A stretch of DNA of 63,167 nucleotides, counting the filler, from Folioceros fuciformis (Eukaryota), in assembly GCA_049999805.1 (NCBI GenBank). It is 8 parts of 8 records of this genome, joined end to end, with 100 filler letters (N's around TTAATTAATTAA, not from the genome) between each part and the next. Parts side by side here need not be neighbours in the genome. Positions count along the whole stretch, not along the records: positions 14,003 to 26,311 come from JBNGIO010006015.1; positions 26,412 to 37,778 come from JBNGIO010006018.1; 6 more parts are not named here. One strand, written 5' to 3'. The notes below the pieces were generated by a model. It was not told the DNA's origin. It searched no databases and saw nothing but the letters and a program-made list of their open reading frames with translations. Each line of letters starts with the position of its first letter. Within the stretch, counting starts at the first letter, position 1. The translations under genes and the position numbers were made by a program. Shown here one piece after another: positions 23,623 to 35,900 of the stretch.

Positions 23623-24551
23623 ACACTCTTTACCTCTCTTGCAAGTGTCATCATTGAAGGTTGTATTCGAGGGAGCGTTTTTGGTGCTTCTGGCATCATC
23701 CTCAGGCTTGCTCGAGTCTTCACTGAAAAGGCGTTCCAACTCGAAACTCTCAATTTTCTCCGAATTGGAGGCCAGTCCCAGATATGGAAGTATCATTTTA
23801 CCGAGCACGTTAATGAACGTTTTGTTCGGTTTGAGGGTTGGAAAGTCTATGTATGACTCGACGCATGCTCATTTGCCCGTGACTACCACGGACAGTTCTG
23901 CGTCTGTGAGTTTCTTGGCTGCGGCTTCTACTGATTATTTCGCGGTGGTCGTAGTGGTCTGAAGATGAGGGCTAAGGTCTTGTGCTCCCTTGTTCTGTCT
24001 TGCCCTATCTCTAGCTCATCCGCAGGATCCTGGGGAACTGCTGAGGTTGCTATGAGATTGCTGGATAACTGAAGAAAGTTGTTGAGAATTGACTAGGTGG
24101 GTGTGAGTGATTGCTGGAAACTTGGACGTGATTACTGGAGAAATTGCTGAGGGATTCTTGGGCGTTTGGGAAGAACCGTCGGGGGGGGGGGGGTTGTTGA
24201 AGATTGTGGCAGCGTGTGAAGTTTGGGGAAGGATCACTAAGGAATTGTCAGCATTGCTAAACGATTTGAGATGTTGGAAACAGACCGGTGAGAAGTAAGT
24301 GTACCCCCGAGATCTGGTGTGTTTCGTGTGTGTGTGCGCGTGGGTGTGAGAGAGTGCGGTGATCTGCAGGGTCTTGCTCCCCAAAAGATAAGCACCTGTT
24401 TGTGAGGGGAACATCCAGTAAGAACCAGATTTGTCAGTCTGGAAGCCTGGGGCATAAATCCGCGGCGGCGCCTGCACGGAACATATTAGAGTTTCAGGTG
24501 GGACCCACCACGGTTGTGGAACCCCCTACCAATGGTGGATGGTGGAAGTTA

Positions 24552-25031
24552 CCAGTGGTTGCGGAGGCCACGACGGTGGTTCTAGAGTAGGACCAGAGTC
24601 GTAGAGTCGGGATCGCGGTAGCTAAGCTAAGCTAACTGTAACTTCCACTGGTTGCGGAGGCCACGACGGTGGTTNNNNNNNNNNTAAGCTAACTGTAACT
24701 TCCACTGGTTGCGGAGGCCACGACGGTGGTTGTAGAGTAGGGACCAGAGTCGTAGAGTTGGGATCGCGGTAGCTAAGCTAACTGTAATTCGCAGTAGCTA
24801 AGCTAACTGTAACTCACAGTAGCTAAGCTAACTGTAACTTGCGGTAGCTAAGCTAACTGTAACTCACGGTAGCTAAGCTAACTGTAACTCGTGGTAGCTA
24901 AGCTAACTGTAACTNNNNNNNNNNGGTAGCTAAGCTAACTGTAACTCGCGGTAGCTAAGCTAACTGTAACTTCCAGTGGTTGCGGGGCCACGACCGTGGT
25001 TGTAGAGTCGGGACCGCGGTAGCTAAGCTAA
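24552..25031. repeat. Compound minisatellite: about 25-bp unit nested in a longer unit
   Basis: GGTAGCTAAGCTAACTGTAACTCGC repeated at least 8 times, plus CCA(C/G)TGGTTGCGGAGGCCACGACGGTGGTT x4. Two 10-N gaps. Confidence 0.9.
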
Positions 25032-25473
25032 ATGGGGGTAGTGGTAGGGAGCTAGTAGGTAGTAGAAAGGGTAGTGGATAAGGCCTGACCTAGGTAAGAG
25101 TCAGTAGTAGAAGAAACCTGTGTTACTTGGCATAAATCATTCCCTTGGGATCGAATCCCATGGCTACAACAACGTAGAGGGTTTGTGTGGGCCTCACGAT
25201 GTCCTCGGACATAACATTTTACTCCACAGATCACGATTACCAGCATCCACAATATCCACCCAAGTGTTGACTGTCGAGCCCCCACGTGGGGGGCTCTCGG
25301 GCACCATGACCCAAGCTTCCCCTACGACCCTATCATACTCCATTGCCTCCATCGCCGACCTCTTGCGGCAAGAGAGTTTGTACCTTGTCCTTTGCTTTTG
25401 AGCTCCGTGTTCATACTGCCACATTAAGTCACATTTACAGGAAGATGGTTAATGGGCACTTTGCTTGCTTTTT

Positions 25474-25822
25474 ACATGATCCACAATTGAGCTATAAGCT
25501 TGTCAATCGTTAAAGCATTTGCCTCAGAGTCCTTCCTTTTATCACCTCAATACATTCACCTACGTCCATACCTCTGAAAGTCGTATCCACACTTCTGAAA
25601 CGTACAGCCTAGATCTCAATTCCACAACCGGGTCTAACTCACATGATCCACAATTGAGCTATAAGCTTGTCAATGGTTCAAGAATTTCCCTCAAAGTTCT
25701 TCCTTTTATCACCTCAGCACATTCACCTATGTCCATACTTCTTAAAGTCGTATCCACACTTCTTAAACCTATAGCCTAGGTTCTCAATTGCACAATCGGG
25801 TCTAACTCACATGATCCACAAT
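25474..25822. repeat. About 167-bp tandem duplication
   Basis: ACATGATCCACAAT anchors at 25474, 25641 and 25809. Confidence 0.75.
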
Positions 25823-27547
25823 CGCGTCACATGATCTTGCACATACACCTCAATAGGATTCGCTGAATTTGTTACTGAGGCCATACTCTAAGGAGCATGA
25901 GCCATAATTGGCTGATGTGGTAGGGTCATGCTTAATGGTATCAAGTGTACCCAAGGCGTGGCCCTGATGAAATGGAGATGGGAAGGACAAGAGGCAATTA
26001 ATGCTCGTACGGATTGATGTTAATTGCATGGGCATTATTTTGCAAGACAACTCTCAAGCTTGCAAATCTATGGTCAACAAAGGGGCTTACGCGGAGGAGA
26101 ATAACTCGACATGCCACCTAGAAGTTCTCTTTGTGAACAAGGAGACTACAAGGAGAAATCGTGATTACCAGTGGTTACATATGAGTCTAACCCAATGTAT
26201 CTTAAACACTCTAGCATTATTTAGTATGCTTGCATCCACACCAATGCAAACTAGCATTCACACCTGTTCGGTTTGAACCATGGTCAGAATGCACGAGAGA
26301 AAACAAAGCACNNNNNNNNNNNNNNNNNNNNNNNNNNNNNNNNNNNNNNNNNNNNTTAATTAATTAANNNNNNNNNNNNNNNNNNNNNNNNNNNNNNNNN
26401 NNNNNNNNNNNTCAGAAAGGCGCGAGCCACGCTGTTAGCATTGTTCCATTTGTTTTTCTCAGCCTGAGATGACGTTGAAATTGGTTGCTTGTAAGCTCCA
26501 GACACAACATCCCAGACGTGCCAGGCTTCAAGAGCGGAGCGCATGCGCACACTCCACGCCTCGTACTTGCTTCCAGTGAAGCGATCTTTTTCCTTAAACT
26601 CTACCGCATACGTAGGTTGCGCATATGGTGGAAAGGGTGGAGGTGAAGACGCAGGAGCAAGCGCGGCCATGTTCTAGCTTGCAGCCACGGACCCTTACAG
26701 GTACACAATGTCGCTTCAGTTGAATCGGTGTCGTGCGTAATAACTAAAAATAAACTCGTTCTGCTGTAAGGCTTGTGTTCGCTGATATGAAGGGGCGTAG
26801 CAAGAGTGCTCACGTATCCCTCCACGAATTCCCCTGCAGATGTGGCACCGCAGGGGAATAGTCGTATTGGGACTCACAGCGCTTGAGATCCCAGCCCCGC
26901 GTGCCGAGTAGATGGCATGGACCGCGAAGAGATGTCCTGAACCAAAGATGATCTCTCAAAAATTGGAATCAATCTAAAGAGGCGGCACTCAATCTCATCC
27001 ACACGCATCTTCAAATCCCTTAGCACTCGCAGGGTAAGATCCAGCCTCGCGTGCAGATTGCTGTATTGAGAATCTAATAAATGATTGCGCTGATCTATAC
27101 CAAATCCTACCGGGAAATCACGAATTTGTGTCTGGAGTATATGGAGCTAAAATTTCTTGAAATTTGTCACGAAATCACAAGTTAGTACCATCTAACTTCT
27201 TGATATTGAACATGACGTTTTTTGAGGACGTCATGATTCAAAAATCGATGCAAATCAACAAAGAGGCTAGTTAGAAATCGGTTGGAACGTAATGTAGATT
27301 TTAAAGGTTACCCTCACAACTTGTTGTAAATCGGATGCCCACAACTTGGGCCTTGATCGCTCACAACTGGAATGTCTCTCGTCGTCCGATCGAGATCCTG
27401 ACTTCCTCGGTCAGGGTCAGTTCAGCGGCCGCACCCTCGCTCTCGGCGTCTGCACTCTTGGCGACCGCTATTCGTTCACTTTCCGGCGCCCGTTGGTTGG
27501 GTCCTCACTCCGCTGGCGCCTGGGTGGCGCCTCGCTGGCGCCTTGCT

Positions 27548-27806
27548 GGTGCCTGGGTAGCGCCCGGGTGGCGCCTTGCTGGTGCCTAGGTAGTGCCTGG
27601 GTGGCGCCTTGCTGGTGCCTAGGTAGCGCCCGGGTGGTGTCTTGCTGGTGCCTGGGTAGCTCCCGGGTGACGCCTTGCTAGTGCCTGGGTAGCGCCCTGG
27701 TGGCGCCTTGCTGGTGCCTGGGTAGCACCCGGGTGGCGCCTTGCTAGTGCCTGGGTAGCGCCCGGGTGGCGCCTTGCTGGTGCCTGGGTAGCGCCCGGGT
27801 GGTGCC
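27548..27806. repeat. 33-bp GC-rich tandem repeat, about 8 copies, in Copia-2 5' region
   Basis: GGTGCCTGGGTAGCGCCCGGGTGGCGCCTTGCT units. Confidence 0.9.
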
Positions 27807-28386
27807 CCATTGGCGCCTCGTTGGCACGCCCTAGCAGGCGCCCTAGCCGTAGTCGGCGATGCCGCGCCCTAGCTGGCAACACCTAGCCCTAGTCAGCGGC
27901 GCCCTAGCCCTAGCCGCCGCCTTAGCCGGCGGCCGGTGCCCCACGCCCTAGCCGGGCGGCCTGGCGCCCTAGCCCGGCGCCCCGGCTCGTTCTCCTCCTA
28001 GATGTCCATCCTCATGGCGTTGCGCCTCCGTCCGTAGCACCTACAATAGACACAACCATCTTGCTCCACAACCACGATCTGATACCACTTGAAGGATCGC
28101 TAGAGGAGCTACATGGTGAAGGAGGAGAGGAGGAGGCAAGGAGGAGAGGAGAAAAGAGAGGTCACACTCTCACAATAGAGTCTCTCAATATGCAAGGGAG
28201 CTCAAGGGGGTATTTATATCCTTTTGAAGAGCTCCCTTGGAAGCTTCACAAGAAGCGCATAGGAAGCTGCACAAGAAGCTTCCTACAGATTAGCTTAAGC
28301 TAATTTAAACTAATGATACTTAACTAGACACTAATCTTAGACTAAACACATTAGTCTAAGCACATTGGGCTTTAATAACCCTACAT

Positions 28387-28698
28387 GGAGTACTGTTGCT
28401 GGAACGATTAGATGGGAGGGTCACCACCAACCACATGAAGAACTAAGCCCCTCATCATCTACCCAACTTGGGCGTCCCTACTAGAGAGGTCCAACTTGGA
28501 CCTCTCTAGTGTGACCAGCGTCACACTAGAGAGGTCACACTGTGATCAACTTGGATTGATGATCCAGAGCTCATGTTGTTGTGTGATAGTTGCAATGGAG
28601 GCTTCCATTTATTTTGCCTTCAACCAACACTGACCGAGGTGCCGGAGAACCTATGGTATTGCCCCCTCTGCCGAGCTAGGGACCAAAGGGACAACTGA
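28387..28698 (+). pseudogene. PHD-finger-bearing fragment (Gypsy integrase C-terminus-like) inside the Copia-2 LTR
   Basis: Hand translation: GVLLLERLDGRVTTNHMKN*APHHLPNL, then [41 protein letters not shown], a PHD finger lacking its first CxxC. Confidence 0.8.
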
Positions 28699-29833
28699 TC
28701 AGGTGAACTCAATGGATCTGATTCACTTCTTTGCGAGGTCTACCTGCAGGTATCTCCACACTACGGGGGGATTAGGACTTGCAAAGGGCTACCACTTTGT
28801 TTGATTGGTTTCCAATTGGCCTTACGAACAAGTTCATGACCACCAGGCTAGCTGGAAAGCGAGTGCCCAAAATCTTTCTCTTTCACACAACCTTGCTGAT
28901 TGACAACCAACTAATCAGGTTGATGTTGTTTAGCACGACAGCTGTCAAGCCATGTTGATTAATTAGGGTATCTAATTAATCAAATACGTGTAATTAGGCT
29001 AATCACATGCAATTAGTCTAATCATATAATTAGGTAGATCATAGATAGCTAGGTAGGGAACGTGTGACGCGTTTAGGGCTCAGGAGGGCAAGAAGCATCA
29101 TTGTGCAAAATGGTTGGGAGGTTATGAGCATGGGCGGCATGGTGCTGACGGAGAAGAGGAGGACTTCGGGTAACGGCCAAGAGCAAGCGTGACAGATAAG
29201 TGTTAGACTTCTAGGCTTAGTCACACAATTGTTAGAAGTCCTCTCGTTGAACCTAGGCCTTCTATCGAGGTGGCTGATCAAGGAATCGCTTGTAAATCCA
29301 CTCCTTAGAAATCAAAGTGCAAACACTGGTGTGCCACATCGCGGTGTGTGTGTGTGACTAACGATCTAAGTGTGACACACCGGGGCTAGGGGGAGGACTT
29401 CCTACAACTCGCAAACACAGTCGCTGGGATTGCAAGCCGGGGGTCTTGCTCATGAGTCTCAGGATTCGTGTAGGAGGGTTCGCGAGTGCTGTGGTGTCCC
29501 GTCGCGGGCATCAGAATGGCACCGGTGAACGACAACATTGGACGTTGAGCTGGGGGTCTCATTTTGAGCACCAGGAGAGCTCACAAGTACTGTGGTGTCC
29601 CATCGCGGGCATTAGAACAGCACCAGCGCACGGCGGCATTGGACATTGGGTTGGTGGACATCGACGAGCTGGTGTGCACGAGTCAGGTGAGGAAAACTTC
29701 ACCAAGGGCAGCCTGGGGCTGTCCATGGATTCGAGCTGACTGTATGGGAAGCTCACTCACGGAGTCACGAATGCGGCTGTGCGGCCTGCGACCCACAAAA
29801 GAATCCAAGCGGAGCTAAGCTCACTTAGCCGAT

Positions 29834-30472
29834 TGTGGACTGGTGTGGAGGCAAAACCCCGGGCACTGGTTGCCAACGGGTTCCACCTTTAGTGGCCACA
29901 CTTTATCCCACTGTCGTTGAGACATTGGGTTTCGTTCCCACGAAGGAGCGATGGGGTTCCTTGCTGCTGTGGATGGAGGGTCGGACTTGATCGACTCGAT
30001 GATGGATTCGAGGGCTCCCCTCCAGCTCCGATCAGGCGTAGGACAGGCCTCGCTGTCCGGCGGTCAACTGCACCTCTCTCGGTGCCCACAAACTCACTCC
30101 AGTCACTACAACGACCCTAACCTCTTAGATCTGCGACTTCCCTCACTCACTTGACTCACTCTTTCACTCCAGCACCAGCACCAGCAACTAACAATGACAC
30201 CCCTACCTTCTACACTTCCCTACTGACTCCTCCTACCCGGCAAGAGTCACTAGACTAACCCCAAAGGAAAGAAAGAAGGGATCACACTCTCCCCCCACAC
30301 CCCCCCGGATATCTCCTCCCCACAACCTTACCAGACGCCATGAAACATGACCGGCCTACAGCACTTGTCCAAACAGGGAACAAGAGTGGACAGGTCGAGA
30401 GAAAGACACATCCTTTACAATCAAGAGCTAGGGGCAAACCCCTTCACCCTGGTCATTACACCTTGTGATCCT
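29834..30472. mobile_element. Short, internally deleted copy of family A repeat
   Basis: Starts TGTGGACT (reverse complement of the family A end) and continues directly as the reverse complement of 15250-14631. Confidence 0.65.
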
Positions 30473-31701
30473 TGAAGGATCAGAAAGGGAGCCACATAAT
30501 GAAGGAGAAGAGGAGAGGAGAGGAGAGGAAGAGAGGAGAAGAGGAGAAAGAGAGGTCACAATGTCTCTCACAGCTCTCTCCCATCTCTCTCATCTCCCTT
30601 GAAAAGGGAGCTCAAGAGGGTATTTATACTCTCTAAAAAACCTCCCAAGGAAGCTTCACAAGAAGCTCACAGGAAGCTTCACAAGAAGCTCACAGGAAGC
30701 TATGCAGGAAGCTTCCTAAAAATTAGCTTAAGCTAATCTAAACTAATGATACTTAATTAGACACTAATCTTAGACTAATTACATTAGCCTAATTAGACTA
30801 ATCACATTAGCCTAATTAAACTAATTACATTAGCCTAATTAAACTAATCACATTAGCCTAAGCACATTGGGCTTTAATAACCCTATGGCCCGGTACCGGA
30901 CCTAAACTTTCCCAGGTCTAGAACCAAACCTATACCCACTCTTCTAACCAAACCAAATATTTCCTGGTCAATTAACCTAATTAGCACAAAGAAAAATAGG
31001 AAAAATAATCAGAAAATCAAGGAAAATTAGGGAAAATAAGTAGAAAAAGAAAACCAAACCATACCGCTATTAACCCTTTTTCAACCAAAACAAACCACTA
31101 CCCCAAACTTTGGAGGTTCACAACTGGATTTGGCACAAGCAAACCGGGTGTGGGCGGGTGTCGATATCCGTGTGCGCGCAAGACTGCAGCTGCCATTTTT
31201 GGGACTGAGAGGCTGGCGAGGCGGTGCTGAGCCTGGGTGGTGGAGCTGGTTTGGCCTGAACAGGCTATGAGTCGAATGATCGTGAGTCGCGCACAGGACT
31301 GTGGGAGCGACGCTGAGCGCCACCAATGCTGCTTGTGGAGACCGTCACCGAGACTAGGGTCGACGTCTTCAAGGTTCTCGTGGTGGCACCGACAAGTGAA
31401 GCAATTCGGGTCACAATTGCTAGGTGTGGATGGAGGTTTGAGTGTCAGCTAGGCGATTCCAGACAACCGATCTAGCTGAACATCACCTGAGGTGTTGTGA
31501 GGCTAATGCTATGTGGTGACAGTGACGCTTTTGTGGGATGCTGATCAGGACTTGCAAGGGCTACTACTTTGTTTGATTGGTTTCCGATTGGCCTTACGGA
31601 CAAGTCCATGACCACCAGGCTAGCTGGAAAGCCAGTGCCCAAAATCTTTCTCTTTCACACAAACCTGTTGATTGATCAGGCTAACGCTGTTTAGCACGAC
31701 A
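30473..31701 (-). mobile_element. Solo LTR of Copia-2 family (family B)
   Basis: TGAAGGATC start and ..TTTAGCACGACA end on the plus strand, matching 28090 and 28940. Contains 22-bp TAATCACATTAGCCTAATTAAAC-like repeats at 30776-30861. Confidence 0.75.
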
Positions 31702-32938
31702 TCCAGGTAATACACAACCCTTGACAACCCAACACCAGGAAGTAGGGGCAGGAGGTTCAAACCGCAAGGGAGGTAAAGGGTTCTCAATTCCATAATTGGG
31801 TTTCAAGCAGGAAGCCGCCTGTGTGGGGTTCCAGGTCTACGTGGGGACACTCTTAGTCAAAGTCTGCTAAGGCACTGGACGCGAAGGCCAGGCCTTCATA
31901 TGGCACAATTGGCGACAGGATTACTAAATGGCAGGGAGAACACATCACACGGTCCAACTCTAGGAGTGCAAGGGATGCATTGGCAGTGCAGTTCATATGA
32001 TCTTGGTGTCCATACTCCCCAATCGGTATACCCTCTACCTAGGAGAGTGCACCAATGACAATCCATGAATGTGCTGGTGTCTTTCTACATTTGTACTTGT
32101 GCTTTTGTGCACCACCATAGCGTGCCTCAACTGGAGGACAGTGGAGCTTGGCACCAAATGGAAACGCCGTGTGGGAAGAGCCACCTATCACAAACAATCC
32201 GGCCACGGCCACACAAATGGAGGATGGCATCTTGCTGGACTTTGTTCTAGACTTGCCAGAGGACATTGCTCAGGTCGCAGACACCCATTGGACGTGCGAG
32301 CTTTGCCACAAGCCCCAGTGAAAAATGGGCTACCAATTTCACAGCGGTTAGAGGACACATTGGAAGCAGCCCATGTTCATGCTAAGCAGGTGTCAAAGCT
32401 ATAGTCCAAGCCATGAACAACAAAGACTTGGTGCACACGTTGCTGAAGGTGAATGGGGTTGCTTGGATCATGGACCAGCTTAAACAGCCCGTCATGCCGG
32501 GCAATATGAACGTACCAAAAGTGAGACCTTTTTTTGTATGGCGGCTTGAGCTTTGTAAGGCACAAAGTTCTGTTAGAAGTCATTCGTTCAAAATGCACTA
32601 ATGAAGTACCAACAAAGTGAAGTGACTTGACAATAGAACGTCGTAAGAAACTGTGTGCAAAGGTTGCTCTACAGTTTCCAGACTTGGTTGTGAAAGGCCC
32701 AATAAGAATAAAGTTTATCCAATTCACAAGTACTAGGAATAATCGGCATGTGGAGGCAACAAAGGCATGTGCCATGTGTGAAAGGCCATTAGGGCTTTAG
32801 TGTTTCTTAGCTGTTAGTAGTTCAGCAGAATTAGTTTGACTTTCATTAGTTAGTTATTTAACGGCTAACCGCCTTCACTATGTATTGAACATTATTCGAT
32901 GAATGAAGAGTGTGTTCATATAAACAATTTGTCGCTCA

Positions 32939-35900
32939 TGGTATCAGAGCACCCGCGTGCAATATGGGCCATTCTGCAAATCAAGCATACGCACCATCTC
33001 CCCAAGCTTCGTAACCTAAGCCACCTGCTGCGCAATGTCACACGACGCTTTCAGCTGGTCGCGCAGTAACGGATCAAGCCGAACTCCTAGAAATTTTGAT
33101 CTTGATTGGCTCGCAAGGGCTGAGGAGCTTCACCGTTGCTCGGGCCAGCCGCAGCAGCGCAGGCAGCACATAGAATCTAAGCGGAGACGGGTACCTCTCC
33201 AGGCGACGTAGTACGCAAGGCGCACCAATTAGAGAAGGCGCTCGCTTTCTGCTCGGACGAGAGAAAACCTCTCTAACCCAACAATCAGTGCAAGAAATCG
33301 AAGCGAAGGTGGATCGTCTGCTGGAATTAACTTACCTAACCAGGTCTGAGGCGATTCACGAAGACAGGCATCAAAGAGCGATATGCCTTCAATCAGAAGA
33401 CCTGGTAGATGCTGTGGACGCTGTGAGGAACACACTGAATCAGTCATTAGACAGGATTAACACCTTGCTACCAAATGTAGTGAAACTCACAGAGTCACCC
33501 ACACGAACCTATTCAGAGGCGGACCGTAAAACAAAAGCAACACCGATCGCTGCAGCACCGGAGCAGCCAGACACACGTCTGAAGCTGTAAAGGTGTATGT
33601 CCTCGCCTCCGACTCCGCCACCTTACCCACCTACACCGACTCGTCATCCGATTGTAATTAGAAGAGGAAGAAGACCAAGGATGGCAACAATAAATAATTA
33701 CACTACATTTGAGTTTAAGGAGAAAGACAGGTTCACGGGCAAGGACTTCAAAATCTGGGCCGCAAGATTAAAGGCCATATTAGAGGACAAGGAAATCTGG
33801 GGCCATGTCACGGGACAAGACGCCAGACCAGTTCCTACAGATCCTGCACATCTGACAGCAGCAGAGACGAGGGATACAGCAGCATGGGACAAAGATGAAC
33901 GAAAAACAAGAACTATTTTGATGCATGCATTGTCAACAGAGACAATGCACCATATGCTAAGCACAACTATGGCAAAGGAAGCATGGGATCATATTCAAGA
34001 CAACTATGCTTCGAAGGATACACTCGCCTTAGTGATGGCAACACAAAGTTTCTATCAATGCAAGATGAGTGAATCTGACATCGTAGAAAAACACATAACA
34101 CAGTTCAGAGTAAATCGTTCGAAGCTGGCTTCACTCGGTACAACAGTAACTGAAGAGCATGCTGCAGTAATATTGCTGGCCTCATTACCATCTTCATGGT
34201 CAGTCTTTATTACCTCTCAACAAGGTAGACCGAATCTTACGGTCTCTATGGTAATATCTGCCATGTATCAACACGAAAATACAAAACGACTTACGGGGAG
34301 CCCGCACTCAGCCAACGGAGGTGGAGCCCTGTTCACGAGAGGCCGGTTTCAGAAGAATAGAAAGAANNNNNNNNNNNNNNNNNNNNNNNNNNNNNNNNNN
34401 NNNNNNNNNNNNNNNNNNNNNNNNNNNNNNNNNNNNNNNNNNNNNNNNNNNNNNNNNNNNNNNNNNGGCACTTTTGGAAAGAATGCCGTAAGAAGAAATT
34501 TGATGATCAAAAGAGGGGTATTACCTCTACGAAAACCACACAGAGCTCGCAGCCGTCGTCTACAGGTTGCTTTATTGCTATGTGTGCTTTATCCTCGCAA
34601 CCAGATAGTGCTCATTGGTTTCTCGACTCCGGTGCATCGAACCATTTCTGTTTCGATGCTGGAATTATGAGGGAGTTTGAACCGTTCAACCCGCCGAGAC
34701 AAGTTGCACTTGGAGATGACAGACTTTGTCCAATACTTGGGCAGGGCAAAATAGCTCTTAAGCTACTATCCGGCTCAACGTTCTACCTGTATCCAGTTAT
34801 GTTTGTGCCTGCATTAACGAAGAATTTAATGTCCACGATTAGTCTTGGCAAACTGAAGCTATACAGAATTTTAATAGAAGATGATGTTACAACACTCAGT
34901 CTTAAGACCAATCCAAGCGTACCTCTCATGACTGGATCACCCGATAAAGGGTTAATATTATTGGACGTAAGGTCCCTGAAGTCTCATGAAGCTTGCAACA
35001 CAGCTGAAGAAGAATCTCTCACCAGATTGTGGCATCAGCGTATGGGGCATCCATCTCTCCGCAAGCTACGTGATCTCGTTCAAGGAGACCTTGCCCACGG
35101 TGTTAAGCCATTTAAGGTTGTGACAGATCTCTCCTGCGAACCGTGTATATTCGGAAAGCAAGAACGACTGCCACATCCCCAGAGTAAAACCAAGTCAGAA
35201 CAGCTTCTCGACTTGGTGCACACAGACGTGTGCGGACCGATGGAGAACCAGTCCTTGGGTGGTAGCTGCTACTATGTTACGTTCATAGACGACAAGAGCC
35301 ATTTCACTTGCGTGTATTTTCTGCACAAGAGATCTCAGGTCTTTGATAGATTCAAAGAGTACATTAGTTACACCGAGAGACAAACCATGAAACAATTGAA
35401 GGTGTTGAGATGTGACAATGGTGGAGAGTACATCTCAGATCAGTTCAACGAATTTTGCAAGGTGCATGAAATTCACAGACATTTCTCGGTGGCTCATACT
35501 CCGCAATAGAACGGAGTCGCGGAAAAACGCAACAAGGATTTGAACAATGCTGCTCGATCCATGTTGCAAGCAGCACAATTACCTAAGACATATTGGGCGG
35601 AGGGCATAGCTGTTGCTGTCCACGCTCAAAATAGGCTGCCATCAAATAAAATCCCCGAACACACGCCGTACGAGTTATGGATGGGAGCGAAACCAGATCT
35701 TAGCTACATGCGTGTGTTCGGCTGTGTTGCGTACTCTCACGTACTTGACCAGCTTCAGAAGAAATGAGATCCAAAATCGCAGCGGCTCATGTTCATAGGC
35801 CATTCAGGCAATGTTAAGGGTTTCAAGCTAATAGACCCGAAAACAAGGAAAATTGTTTACAACAGAAATGTTATCTTTAAGGAGGAGCACATGTGGATGT

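Larger units (their letters stand above)
26412..28940 (-). mobile_element. Ty1/Copia 5' portion (Copia-2): 5' LTR 28940-28090, PBS, 5' region, gag start
   Basis: The LTR runs TGTCGTGC..GATCCTTCA on the minus strand, followed 2 nt later by the tRNA-iMet PBS TGGTATCAGA (28087-28078). gag starts at 26670 (EFKEKDRFTGSKYEAWSVRMRSALEA..WDVV) and is truncated by a linker. Confidence 0.8.

Noticed and set aside
28943-29377. Possible further solo LTR (TGTCA..TGACA)
   Set aside because: No TSD, PBS, PPT or second copy in the window.
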